NCBI GenBank assembly: GCA_032718475.1
Contig: JAUCBJ010005361.1
Location: 19,287 to 83,286, forward strand
Direction: 5' to 3'
From: Nemertoderma westbladi
Taxonomy: Eukaryota; Animalia; Xenacoelomorpha
DNA length: 64,000 nt
The translations under genes and the position numbers were made by a program. The notes under the pieces are model-generated. The model was not told the DNA's origin, did no database searches, and worked only from the letters and a program-made list of their open reading frames with translations. Within the stretch, counting starts at the first letter, position 1. The number at the start of each line of letters is the position of its first letter. Positions 37,722 through 50,489 of the stretch are shown piece after piece.

Positions 37722-38870
37722 CTACTTCTACTACTACGATCAGCATGCTGCATTGCAGCTGCATTATATATATATTAACAATTCTGTGCCGGCTCGTCGA
37801 CAAAATTGCGCCGCAAAAACTCCCTATCACCCATGACATTTGCTAGATCATCCGCATCTTCAAGGCAAATGTCCTTTAAGATGCATCTCAAGAAAGTCAT
37901 GGGATGTCCACCCATGCTTATTCGCTCCATGGGGCTGCCAAAGCATAAGATTATGCATTGGCTGGTCCTCATGGTGAAAGCAATGTCCTGCAAAGTGGAG
38001 GCAGTACCTTTCAAGTGTCAAGCTAGGGGAGACTAAATCCAATGTTGTATAGAGTCTGATTGTAGATGTGTTCATTGTACTCGACACAATTAACCCAGCA
38101 TATCATTCTTGAGAAAATGCCATCCAGAGATTAGGTATCCTATGCAGTTAGAGCCCAGCATGGAATCCCATATAAGAGTACTGGTACTACTAGACTACTG
38201 CCATAAATAATCAAACGTTAAGGTTCCATTTTATTCTATGTGACTTCCAAATCCTGGAAGACTACGCCTCCCTTACCTTCCCCTTACGTATCCAAAGGTC
38301 TTCAACTGACTTTTTGATCCATGATCCCAAGTAGCAGAAGTCATCCACAGGTTCAAGAAAGCCGTCCCTAGATCTTATGTATGCTATGCCCTTACAATCA
38401 GACATTTCTTGATTGCTGTCTAGGTTCACTGTCATGATTTTGGTCTTCTTGGAATTTACAAAAACACCACCACTAGAAGCAACCTGCTCCGATGAGCAAA
38501 GGAGCCTTTGGGCTCCATCTAGTGATTCTGAGTCTCTCTATTCTGAGATCTCTAGTTATTCTAGTTTATCAGCAAATTCTAGATCCATAAGGTACATTGC
38601 TGGATTTCCTCTACTTCTTGTGCCAGTAGGGGGTGTTACAATCACCCCATATTTATTAAGATGGTTTAACGACATGCATAGAACATAATCAAGCACAAGT
38701 ATGAATAAGAATGGTGCAAGTGTGTCACCCTGAAGGATTCCCCATAAGACTTCGAATGGATCTGTGTCACCATCAGCATTAGACACAAATGTGGTGGAAC
38801 CATCGTACAGTGAATCATACTGCAATAATTTCCAGTATGCTAAACATTGCATCATTGTATCAACATAAAC
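37722..38870 (-). mobile_element. 5'-truncated RTE LINE (same family as 41723-44830)
   Basis: GILQGDTLAPFLFILVLDYVL, EFAD, FAGHCF..EDQP. (CTA)n tail at ~37722-37737. Confidence 0.92.
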
Positions 38871-38879
38871 ATTGCCTAC

Positions 38880-39550
38880 AAAACTAACACATCTCATTGG
38901 CCTGTCATGGTCCATACAGCTTAATCTAACAGGTGCTGCCCTCCCATTGGTTGCCATACTACATCACCCCATAAACCTGCCTCCCCCTGACCTTGTTGGC
39001 CTTGACTCAAGGGTGGATTGGTCCACTTCCCGGCTGACCCTATTGCTTCATCCCTTGGTTAGTTTGCCTTATTGGATATACCTCGGTTGCCAACTTGATA
39101 AATTGGCAAGCCCCCATTTTATAGGTTGGAAATGCTTAGCAGACTAGATCCGCTAACACTCCCCCCATGCTATCTTCCTGGTTGGAAGATAGCATCTACC
39201 ACAAAGGGCGCTCCATTCCAGGGATTCCGATCTAGTAATGGATGTGGGGTGGGACTATCTTCTCTGGGATCAGTCTCCCAAGCTAATCCCCCTGGGTCTG
39301 ATCTCTCTACCCATCCTTGGCGCTCCTGCAACCTATGGTTCACCAAGGCATGCAGTGTCTCTATTTTAGACCATCGCCTCTCACTGTTGGATCCGATCCA
39401 CCGGGCCCCAATTTCCTCATTTCCCATTAGTCCCATAGGACTCATCATCATCCCCGACTCGCTGTTTACTTATCTGATTTGGGACTTCCTCTTCCCAATC
39501 GTCTTTAAGTTTATACACTTTCATCAGAATTTGCTTTCCCATGACTAGTT
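38880..39550 (-). mobile_element. Relic of a BEL/Pao family related to the inner element (LTR part, PPT, 3' internal region)
   Basis: GCTAACACTCCCCCCATGCTATCTTCC...GAAGATAGCAT and the following ~130 nt align with 2052-2200. Confidence 0.75.
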
Positions 39551-40255
39551 CTGCCCACTCGCCAGCTCCAAAATTGGAGCACACTCACTCTGTTACCTGA
39601 TTATATCAATCCTAATCAGCCTGACGAATCAGTGTACCCTAATGTTGAGGAGATGTTTCACGGCGAGCAGGGGCTGGAGCCGGAGGTTCGTTCTCTTTCT
39701 GTCCCAAATACCGATGCCAGTAAGGGTGGGCCTAGAGGTCGATTGGAAGTTGCTGCCACTGGCTAAAGGGCCGTGAACATGAACATTGTCAAAATATTGA
39801 TAACTTTGAAATCATTCTTCTTCCTTTTCTTTTGCTATAGTCGAAAAAAATTATTTTCACCAGTTAACTATCTAATGCAATGATCATATGTTATTTCAAA
39901 TCAACAGATATTAAATGAAACCCATAGCTACGCAAATTATATCCATTGCTATGTTTGGGGTCTGTAAAAAATTTGCCCCATGGTGAAAATTTTGAGGGAA
40001 TTTTTTTGAATGACTACTCAACAAACAGCTTCAGATAAACCAACAACGAATTAAATCGGAATTTGTGGACAAAACCTCAATCTTTGAATACTTTTGCCTA
40101 GCCTATTATATTATAAGTCCACACCAAAAAACCAGCAACATTATATACATAATGGTCTTCGGGTTAAATATATATTATATATTCCAATAGACTCAAATTA
40201 TATATCAGGAATAATTATGAGTGAATTAGAAGTTATTCTTCAGTACTGGTACCGG

Positions 40256-41374
40256 TTACTGACATTTCATTACTCGTTTTATTGGTAGAATCAAAATTTT
40301 TACGACGGCCTTTTTCCAACTGTCAATGAATAATACCATCAAATAAAAGTTTAGGGCGAATACAATGGACAATATGTCACTAAATATTAGGTAAATGTAC
40401 AGGACCTTTAGCCACCAGTAATAATTAACTACGTCTTCCAGAACAGCTTTACCCTTATCTTCTCTCTTCTTTGCAGCAACATCAAACCCAACAGTTTGAA
40501 TTATAAAATATATATCCAATATTAGCAACTTTAAGGCAGTCATTGATGTAATTGTCACCATCATATAAACAAGACTCTGATCTTTCTTCATTCTTTCTAT
40601 ATTTTTTATGTGTGTTTGTGCAAATTTCTTCACTTTAATAACGACAGCAGAACTAAATATTATAATAAGTGAAAGATGAATGAACTGTTTGATGGGTATA
40701 TAATAGTTCGTAATGATTTCCTGCACACTGGCTCCATCTTCTTCTTTGGCTATCCATGTACCAGAAGCAGCATTAAAAGTGAAAGTCTGCGTGTTGTAAT
40801 AGCCAGTAATGATAATTGCTTCGAATCCGAGCAAACATAGCGCTGATATAAAAATTAATTTGTACTGGTGGCGACTGATGGATTTATACTTGATTGGTAG
40901 ATAAACTGCGCCAAAGCGATCTATCGCCATCAGGATTGAAGTCCAGCAGCCGAGGTCTTGGGCAATCCTGGCGAAGGCGCCGCTGTAAGCGTGAAGGAAA
41001 GCGTGGAACCAAGTAGGGCAATTATCCAAAACAAATTTAATGGTGTTGTCTACACAAATATAATCGTAATTTGCGCCAATCCTCACTAATTCAGCAATCA
41101 ATATGAAACTCTCCATAACTCCATCCATGCATAAAAGTTTGTAGAACAATGTGTTGAATTGTTTGTTCTTGGCGACAACGATGAAGGTGAGAATATAACC
41201 AATGATGCCCAGGACTATGTAGGTGATTGTGTAAGGTAAAATTATAACAGAATAAATAAATGTACGTAATTCTCGAAATTTATTGTCATTTTCATAAATT
41301 CCTTCCAACAACCTGTCATCGATATTCGAGTAACCGTAATTTGCAGAACTGAAATTCAATGAACTATCTCCCAT
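40256..41374 (-). CDS. Single-exon 7TM rhodopsin-like GPCR (chemoreceptor/peptide-receptor-like orphan)
   Basis: 372 aa, about seven hydrophobic segments, MAIDRFGAVYLPIKY (DRY-like), TM7 LNFYLMVLF, N-terminal NFS sequon. Confidence 0.88.
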   Translation of the reverse strand: MGDSSLNFSSANYGYSNIDDRLLEGIYENDNKFRELRTFIYSVIILPYTITYIVLGIIGYILTFIVVAKNKQFNTLFYKLLCMDGVMESFILIAELVRIGANYDYICVDNTIKFVLDNCPTWFHAFLHAYSGAFARIAQDLGCWTSILMAIDRFGAVYLPIKYKSISRHQYKLIFISALCLLGFEAIIITGYYNTQTFTFNAASGTWIAKEEDGASVQEIITNYYIPIKQFIHLSLIIIFSSAVVIKVKKFAQTHIKNIERMKKDQSLVYMMVTITSMTALKLLILDIYFIIQTVGFDVAAKKREDKGKAVLEDVVNYYWWLKVLYIYLIFSDILSIVFALNFYLMVLFIDSWKKAVVKILILPIKRVMKCQ

Positions 41375-41722
41375 GATAATATAGTTTGTCTTTAATGATG
41401 TTTTACATTATTTCAGTTCTTTTATATTAACTTAGACTGTATTGGATATTAAATTACAAATCGGCCAAATAAACAGTTTAAAATATTTAATAATATCTTG
41501 AGTTGTAGATGAGGTAGAAATAGAGAGTAGGGTATATTATGTAGTCCTATGTATTAACATTTTTAAATTTCAATAAATCAATTGCACCAAATTCACAAGA
41601 ATAAAGATAACTTTTTACTTTACTTCACTTTACTTTACTTTCTACTTTACTTTTACTTTACATTTGACTCCTAATTCATCAAGTACATATTTTTATCATT
41701 CATACATTACTTTCAATACATT

Positions 41723-44700
41723 GCTGCAATACAGCTGCATAGACCCTCTTACTAGGGCAACTCTGGTCCTGTAACTAGGACCCCCTTCGTTCTGGAATAA
41801 GGATGCCCTTGGTCCTGGATTAAGGACCAATATACTTGGCTGCAGGGGTATATGGCCTGACCAGGCAGATGGTGATCTACCAATGGCTGGTCAGGAGTAG
41901 AGTGTTCTCATATCCACTCTGAGTGCACTTCACTGCGACCTGCACCTGGCAGCAGGGGTACAGGGCATGACCCAGCAGATGAGCTGCAACAGCCAATGGT
42001 GGGTCATGTGCGCCAGAGTAGATATGGGTGATGGGCCTCATATCTGACTCCATTGCGACACCCACCCTGCGGAATGGCAAACCATGGTGTTGTATTTGCC
42101 CCGAGAGCTGACTCGGCAAAAAAGCACCCCCCAACCCCCACTATGGATTACATTAGTAATGCGGAGGTCCGGCCACTAGAGGCCAGTGGAATTACCGGAC
42201 ATAATCGGCCTCACAGGCGTCAGTTATCTCCTGACCGACTGCCTGTCTCACCCCCTACTGGAGAGAGAGCAGCCAACAATTCTTTGAGTCCCTTTCCTGA
42301 TGACCTTTCTGGCCCAATTGCAATGCAGCATTGGACAAAATAGACAGGCTATCTACAATCTATAAGAGGCTACAGATGGAGTGGATCAGCATGCATTCTT
42401 AACATTCCTGTTAACTTTAATGCAAGTCTGCATCAATCACCTACATCGCCCTGGGTCTATAGCAATAGTGTTAACCGAAATTCTGTCCATCTTCAGGATT
42501 TTATCTCTGGAAATGGATTGTTTTCGGCTGGAACCCAGTTCAAGAAGCGAACTGGAAAGCTATGGACTCATAGTGGACCCAGTGGTCACAAGTCCCAGAT
42601 AGACCATATTCTGTTTCGTAGGAAATACAGGAGCTCTATACAAGACTGTAATGCATTTACACTTCGACCCTTCTCCAGTGATCACCGCCTTATTGTGGCC
42701 AAGGTAAGACTTAGTCTGCGTGCTAGCAGAATAACGAAATCTGCCTTGCCGCGACATGACTGGTCCTCTCTGTTGCAACAGCCAGGTGTGAGATCCAGCT
42801 TCACACTACAGCTGAGCAACAGGTATGAGGCTCTTGCATCTGAGGCGGCAGATCACTGTGAGGGCTATATTGCCTTTACAGAAGCAGTTACGTTAGCAGC
42901 TGCAGAAACAGTTCCTGTATACCCTCGAAACAGGAAAAGGACCCCCTGGACTGACAACAAAATTCAGAAGTGCCGAAATGATCAAACAGACTACAGCGGC
43001 CAAGAATGCAATTAAGGCTGCATCTAGGTCCCTGAACAGGCAGTACTCTGTTAATCTACAGGAGCTAATAAACCAACAGGTTGATGCCATCAATGATGCT
43101 GACGACAGCAGGCAATCATCCCAGGCATGGAAATCGATCAACTTGCTTACTGGGCGGAAAAGCCAATCAACCACCAAGGTTAAGGCTGAATCACCAGCCG
43201 ATCGCCTCAATGGTTGGAAAGCCCACTTTGAAAAGCTCCTCAATAATGACAGGGTATTGCCTGATAACTTTATAGAAGTAAAAGTGTCTGAGTCTGTACT
43301 CCCAGATATTCCCATTGGCGATATCTCCTTAGCAGAAGTGAAGGCTGCTGCAAAGAGCATTAAGACCAATCGTGCCAGTGGAGTAGATGGTGTTCCCCCT
43401 GAGGTCTTTAAAATACCTGAGTGTTTAAAGCTCATCTATCCCATCATAGTAGACATGTACCGAACAACAAGAGTCCCACAAGAAATGAAAACAAATAAGT
43501 TGGTGCCAGTTCCCAAGAAGGGCAACTTAACACTCTATGGTTCTTTTCGGGGAATCTCATTGATCTCAATTGCTGCAAAGCTATACAATAGGATTCTATT
43601 AAATCGCATCAGGGATCCCATTGAGAGACTGCTCTGTGGAAATCAGAATGGGTTCCGTAAAGGTCGTGGGACCATGGAGCCCATTTTGGCACTTAGAAGG
43701 ATAATTGAAGAATTAACCAAAAAGAAAGACAGGCATCTGGCTGTTGTCTTTGTTGACTTCTTCAAGGCCTTTGATTCAGTCTCTCGCTCACGTATGTCCA
43801 GCATACTTTCATTATATGGGATTCCTGATGAAATTATTGCAGCAATAAGATCAGTATACGATGGTTCGACAACATTTGTGTCTACTGTTGACGGTGACAC
43901 AGAACCATTTGAAGTGTTATGGGGCGTCCTCCAAGGAGACACACTTGCACCATTCTTGTTCATTATTGTGGTTGACTATGTTCTACGCATGTCCTTAGAT
44001 CTCATAATCATCATAATGACTTAGGAGTACTCTCAGAATCACTAGAGGGAGCCCAACAGCTCCTCAGCTCATTAGAACATGCTGCTTCTAGTGTTGGTTT
44101 TTTTATTAACTCCAGAAAGACCAAAATTTTGACAGTTAACTTTGAAAGTCCTCAGCAAGTCTCTGATCGGATGAGCATAAGCTCAAAGGATGGTATGCTT
44201 GAGCATGTGGACGACTTCTGTTACCTGGGATCATGGATCCGGAAGTCAGGTGAGGACCTTCGAATACGTAAGGGAAAGGCATGGGCAGCCTTGAATAGGC
44301 TTTCGAGGATTTGGAAGTCACCGAGAATTAATCGGAAACTTAAGGTCCGATTATTTAGAGCAGCAGTAGTTCCAGTACTCCTCTACGGGAGTCCATGCTG
44401 GGCTCTAACTGCTGAGGACACCAAATCTCTGGATGGCACATTCACAAGAATGCTACGCCGGGTTCATTGTGTCAAGTACAGTGCACACATCTCCAACCAG
44501 ACACTATATAACACTGGAGGTGTCTCATTGGTTCCCCCAAGATTGACACTAGAACGAAATCGCCTCCGCTTTGCAGGACATTGCTTTCGCCGTGAGGACC
44601 AGCCAGTGCATAATCTTGTACTTTGGCAGCCTCATGGAGTGAATAAGCATAGTGAACAGCCCACGACTTTCTTGAGACGCATCTTAAAGGACACTGGCCT

Positions 44701-44830
44701 TGAAGATGCGGATGATCTAGCAAATGTCATGGGTGATAGGGAGTTATGGCGGTGCAATTTTGTTGACAAGCCGGCACAGCATTCTTAAAAATGCAGCTGC
44801 AATGCAGCATGCCGATCCTAGTAGTAGTAG
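41723..44830 (+). mobile_element. RTE-clade LINE with both ends and 11-bp TSD; internal deletions and frameshifts
   Basis: TSD TTCAATACATT at 41712-41722 and 44831-44841, (TAG)n tail. APE end SQIDHIL..SDHRL. RT motifs QNGFRKGRGT, FVDFFKAFDSV, GVLQGDTLAP. YADD region and APE N-half missing. Confidence 0.95.
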
Positions 44831-44869
44831 TTCAATACATTTATTTTAATTTAGCAGTATATTTGTATT

Positions 44870-45630
44870 GATAAGATCGTTCATTAAAATTCATTGCTAC
44901 TACTATATTGGCAGGCCTTACATGACAGAGCAGATCATAATTTGTGTCTATCCTGGGGTAAATAAATGCTTGGAAAATGTGTTTTTAAACTGTTTATTGA
45001 AAACACTTTTTGATTATTATTCATAACAATAAATATAATATTAAAAATATGATGAATTCACTATAATCAATATTCAAATTTCCTGCTGGCTGCACTTCTA
45101 ACCTACGTGTCCCACATATCACATTCTGTCGGTGATGTTCCCTAGGCAATGTCCGGCTCATTAGTGTTTGCTTCTGTGTTGATGCTGTACTTGTCATCAT
45201 GTGAAGTGTCATCTCTTCTTGCATTAATCGAAATACTATTGATCTACTCAACCTGTGTTTCTAGGCATTAAATGATGACAGAAGAAGTTCTATCAATATT
45301 TGGTTTCGTTGTTTCTATATTTGCATAACAGCAATATATTAATTAGTACTTGGATTACTGAAAATATTCCTTTCATAGAGCAAAAATAAGTCACTAGAAA
45401 CATGTCATAGAAAGTTTAAGACTAAAACCATCGAATTTGACAGGTCACATGCTTTTTCAAATAGCTTACTATACATTATTGTTGTTAAGAATCGCCCATA
45501 CATATTATTATTAGTATTACAATGTTATTATAAATATTATTATTATAAAGTTGCAAAATACATATATATAATATTGTCTGTCAACTCCTATTGGAAAATA
45601 TCAATATGAATAAAAAATCACGAGTTGAAA
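44870..45630. repeat. Duplicated block upstream of receptor copy 2 (paralogous to 24220-25140)
   Basis: Direct sequence match to 24220-25140. Confidence 0.9.
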
Positions 45631-46199
45631 AATATCATAAAAAGTATAGGCATGGGATCAAACCTGGAACTCTCCAGCTAGAAGAAACGTGAGTTACCAC
45701 ACTAGCTAGCTAGTTGGTAGTTGTTGACAGCATTGTAATGAGGTGGGGCGGTAGCAAGAACATTGCTGGCAAGCATTTCAAAGCCCAACCAACTGAAATT
45801 CAATTCCAATTTCCCTCAGAAAAAAATAAAACTCAAATTCCTTTTCATTTTAATTCCATTCACTTCTCATTGATTATGTTAGGATTGTCTTTTTAATATT
45901 GGGTGCAACAAAAGGAGCCTCACAGACTGCAGTAGGAGCGTAGGCCATGGATAGGCGGAAGGTAATCACCAACAGTGCAGTTGCCTACTTCAAAGCCGCT
46001 TATAGGAGCTGCGACCATAAGCAGTTTACTTCCTCAACTGAAAGATGTCAGAATGAGAATCCTTCAGAAGAGAGAAATTAGGTAAAACAGCTTCCTGCAG
46101 TCCCGATCTTTGTGGTCAAAGGAAAACATTTTACATTCCATCCATAGAGGTAATATGCAGGAAATCATAAGAGCTTAGAGAATACCAGAATTAATCCTG

Positions 46200-47025
46200 C
46201 TGATATTGGATTGCTATATTGTGACACAGAAGCTCAGGTACTCTCACCAGATGGTGAAACTGAGTTCTTCTCAATCCTGGTTGGCGTACTAATATGCTAG
46301 TATATATACAACTTCTACTGAACAAAGTGGAAAGAGATGCTAATGATTTTATATTGCATATACTGTATATGCTACCAAGAACGAATTCATGACTTTTAAT
46401 GTTAATAGAATCTTGACCACCATCTATAATAATCAACTAAGGAAGGTCGATGACTTCCAGTACCTTTGATCATGGATAGAGAGTAGCAAAAAGGACATAG
46501 AAGTTAGGAAAGCAAAGGCTTGGGTAGCTGTATCAAAAATGGATACTATCTGGAAATCAGATCTCTCCAGGCACCTGAAGACTAAGTTATTTCGAGCCAC
46601 AGTGGAAAGTGTATTTTTATACGGGGGTGAGACCTGGACACTGACTAAATCACTTGAACAACGAATTGATGGTTGCTACACAAAACTACTAAGGGCAGCC
46701 CTAAACATCAGCTGGAGACAACACATGACAAACGCCGAGCTTTATGGTACAATACCACCTGTATCAACCACCCTCCGTGAACGCAGATTACGATTCAGTG
46801 GACACTGCTGGCGAAGTAAAGACGAGGTCATACCAGATCTACTTCTCTGGCAACCAACTCATGGAAAGCGTAGTCGTGGACGACCGGCCATAAGATATAT
46901 AGATCAACTTGAAAGGGATGCTGAACTTGGGAGAAACGAAATTGCGACAACTATGGAGAATCGGGAAGCCTGGAAGGATCTCATTTCCACTGTCCGAGTT
47001 CGCTCGACCTAGTTAGTAGTAGTAG
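46200..47025 (+). mobile_element. Second RTE-clade LINE family, 3' fragment
   Basis: KVDDFQYL, KTKLFRATVESVFLYG.ETW, RRLRFSGHCWR, GKRSRGRP, then (TAG)n tail. Confidence 0.92.
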
Positions 47026-49689
47026 TATAAATTAAATAATAATAATTTAATATATATTACATATTATAATTCAGTTACTGTAATAATGTTAATTAATTAA
47101 TTACTATCACAAATGTAAACTAATCAATTAACATTATTAACTGAATTAAAATTAGTAACTGAATCTAAGAAACTTTTCTTTGTATTGGCTATTTATTATA
47201 CATAGTATTGATATCTCTATGGATATATTAAGATTTATAAGATTATAATATACAACTTACATTTTTCGATTTTATACACAAAACAACGTGATAATTTAAA
47301 ATAGTTTGATAATAATTTTGATACAAATTTAATCTTCTTATGGCCCCTTAACACTGGGATAGTGAAGTTATTATTCTGAACGAGCCTAACGATATATTAG
47401 GGGTGGGGGCGCCTAAAAGTTAGTATTCAACTGGGTGTTGAGAATCAACGCCTGACATGGATGGTGTATGAAATTAACTATAACCAACATAATAGGTTCC
47501 TAATATTAATATCTAAAAATGTCCCAAAACTATGAAATTAAAAAGTTTAAGCTTATTACTATGTGAGATTTCGAATAACCTAGGGTACCATTCAACAAAC
47601 ATTACCAGTAGAATATGTAATGTAAATCTGATTAATTTTTAAATAAAGTTTACATTATATTTATCATTCTAACACCGACATGCTACACAAAGTAAGCGGT
47701 TCAGTCAGAAGAAGTAACCCTGACATGGTCACGCCAATTTATTATTGTAGGTTGAGTGGAAAGCTTTGCATTGCTTCCTAATTATCCAGCAAGTTTGATT
47801 GGCACGGAAAAAGCTTTTATTCCAGTTACTGTATATTATAATTATTGTACTAATACAATTGACAATTTCACAGTCAACTTTTTATCACTGTATAGATATA
47901 GTGATTGGATCTGCCTTGCATGCTGTGTCAATAATATCTTGTAAAATGAAAATATTGTGAGGTTCTGAGGAATGTGATGAGGTAAATAGATAGGTGATTG
48001 AATAAAATAATTACTATGACGCTGGCTGATATAACAACATTACCATTTGTATTCCCATTCTCAGCATTTCGTTCAGCTGCCTAATTATGGAGAGGAAACA
48101 CTACAAAGACATTGTAGGCCAACAACACAATATGCAATCATAAGGAGGAGAGCGCATAATAAATTTATAGGCAATTATATGCAAATAAGCTATCAATATA
48201 ATATATAATTTCTAATTTATGTTTTAATTTGTTGGAATTGTTGTTGACACACCATTGTATTGGGAAAGGTTGAGATGCTAGGGATAGTGGGTACTGGGTA
48301 GGCCTATTGCTATGGTGTCGCTATACTGCTATTCTATGTATTGCTATAATATAGTATCGCGGATAATGCTGTAGCATTGCGCATTGGAAAATTATTGAGC
48401 TATTATGAAAAACTCTTACGGTACCGGCATTGGAGGTCCGTTGTCGCTCTAAGTTATTTGTTGATTACGGATGGATTCGCAATGGATTTATGGGGAACTG
48501 GCGGGAGTCCGGGAGTACAGCAGTTCATGGAGTTGCGTATACTGTCATTTGTAATTTCAATACACGTGTTTAATATGATATTATGTAATATTATTTAATA
48601 TAAATAAAATTTAATATAAGATAGAAATGTTAATTTTATCCTCCTGTATTGATGTGATTTTATGGGAAGTGACTTGAGTGATGTCTGTTGCTGAATAATA
48701 CACTAATGCAGTACGAGCATAGTATATGTTTAAGTCTGAACGTTTTAAGTTGGGCTTACTAACCAACGCTTACACCTATGCCTACGTCTTCACCTACTGG
48801 CCCATGCTCAAACAATTAATAAAAAGTTAAATTACTTTGGCAATTACTAAATTTTGTTCAAAAATTCAAACATATAAATAGCAAATCCTGAATACCTGTG
48901 CTCAACGTTTTTGAATAAAGGCAACCAATAGAATGACGCCGTGAAATAATGATCTACCAATTAGTGATCTCCATCGAGCTTTGGCTAAATTTGGGAAGAA
49001 AGTTATGTAGTGTAGCATAAAGTAGCATAAGTCCATGTTTAGATATTTTGCAATGAATCTTCTCTCTCAGTACCTTAATATCAAATACTCTATGAAGAGA
49101 ACAATAAATGTAAACTATATATCCTGTATATATATCGATGGAACGGAAATGTTATGTTGTTATGTTAAAAAATAAAGAAAACTATGTAAATAAAGCCTGT
49201 TCCCATCCGTCCTGTCGCCTCCAAGATTAGGAAAAGTGTTTCTGCAACAAATTTGCTACCATCAAATGGCAGTAATATTCGGAAAAAGTTCCATCCCAAA
49301 GTGTCGTTCGCGTATAGGAAGCGATTACGATTCAAGATTTGGATTGGTTTCTGAAATCGATATTACCGTGTCTGCTCGTAGTGGTACTAGCCGAACAATT
49401 ACCGATAAGACGCTTCCGTTGCGTGATTTTCTGCAAGAGGATTATTTGTTTTGAAGGTGGAAGCACTGGCGCTTATTTTCGCTGGGGAGTTGCTCCGACT
49501 ACGTAAGTAAAATAAAGAGGGGGTGTTTAAACTAGCTACACTGTGGAAATGGTGGGGTATTCGGCCCCTCTTTTATTTGTATGTGATGAAATTAGTACTG
49601 ATTTTTAAAGGATTATTTAATCGAATGATAACACTTTCAAAACATGATGAAGGGATGTGTGATTTATCCTTTTGCGTATCAATACTCTA

Positions 49690-50010
49690 AAAAGACGGCA
49701 CACTACCGCCTTTTTCATTGTAAATATTTCATGTGCCACCTTTATATAATTATAAATAGGAAGACAAACTGGTCTAGAAAAGTTAATTTAATATTGTTGA
49801 ATGGATTCCTATTGGTTTGAGGGTATTTTAAATTACATAATTTATGAAATCGCATGAAATTTAAATTCAATTTAACAAATTTAAATTAAATAATTATGTT
49901 ACAAATGATTAAGGCGGCAGTGTGCCGCCCATGGGGTTCAAAGGTGAAAGATTTCAATGTCGAAAATGGCTAAAGGCGGCAGTGTGCCGCCTTTTAGGGT
50001 AGGATAAGTA
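49690..50010. mobile_element. Possible DNA transposon terminus with repeated palindromic motif
   Basis: GGCGGCAGTGTGCCGCC twice (~49913, ~49975) plus an inverted degenerate copy (~49695); ends ...AGGATAAG-TA. Confidence 0.35.
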
Positions 50011-50489
50011 CATGTAGTAATAATATGGTTATCCTCTTTATATAAAAATCTATGGTACGGTACGATAACAAAATAAATCTTGGTCCGATCAAAAACATTT
50101 TTCTTGGTCCTTTGAAGTAAAAAATTATGTAATTTATCTTTGGTACGCAAAGGTTATAGGGGAAAACATTTGGCGCAGCACCTAAAGAGCAATCCGACAA
50201 TAATGTACATTATTAATAATGTGCCATTATTACTGTAGATAGAACAACATGGAAACGCATCTGTGCAACTTTAGGGTTTGTATATTTTATTAATAAATTA
50301 ATGTTTGATTTTAATTAATTATTGTGTTTTATAATGAACACTCGTCTGGAACACTTCACTGTATCGTCTATAAATATATGTCCATAATAATTTTCAAATT
50401 TCAGTTAATCTTAATTGATTGTTAAGATATTGGCGCATCATATAAACTGCTTGCTTCACAGAATCGACCACTTATCCAGTATGTTTAAC

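Noticed and set aside
41759-42060. HDV-like ribozyme at the RTE 5' end
   Set aside because: A P1-like helix is present but P3/L3/P1.1 could not be fitted.
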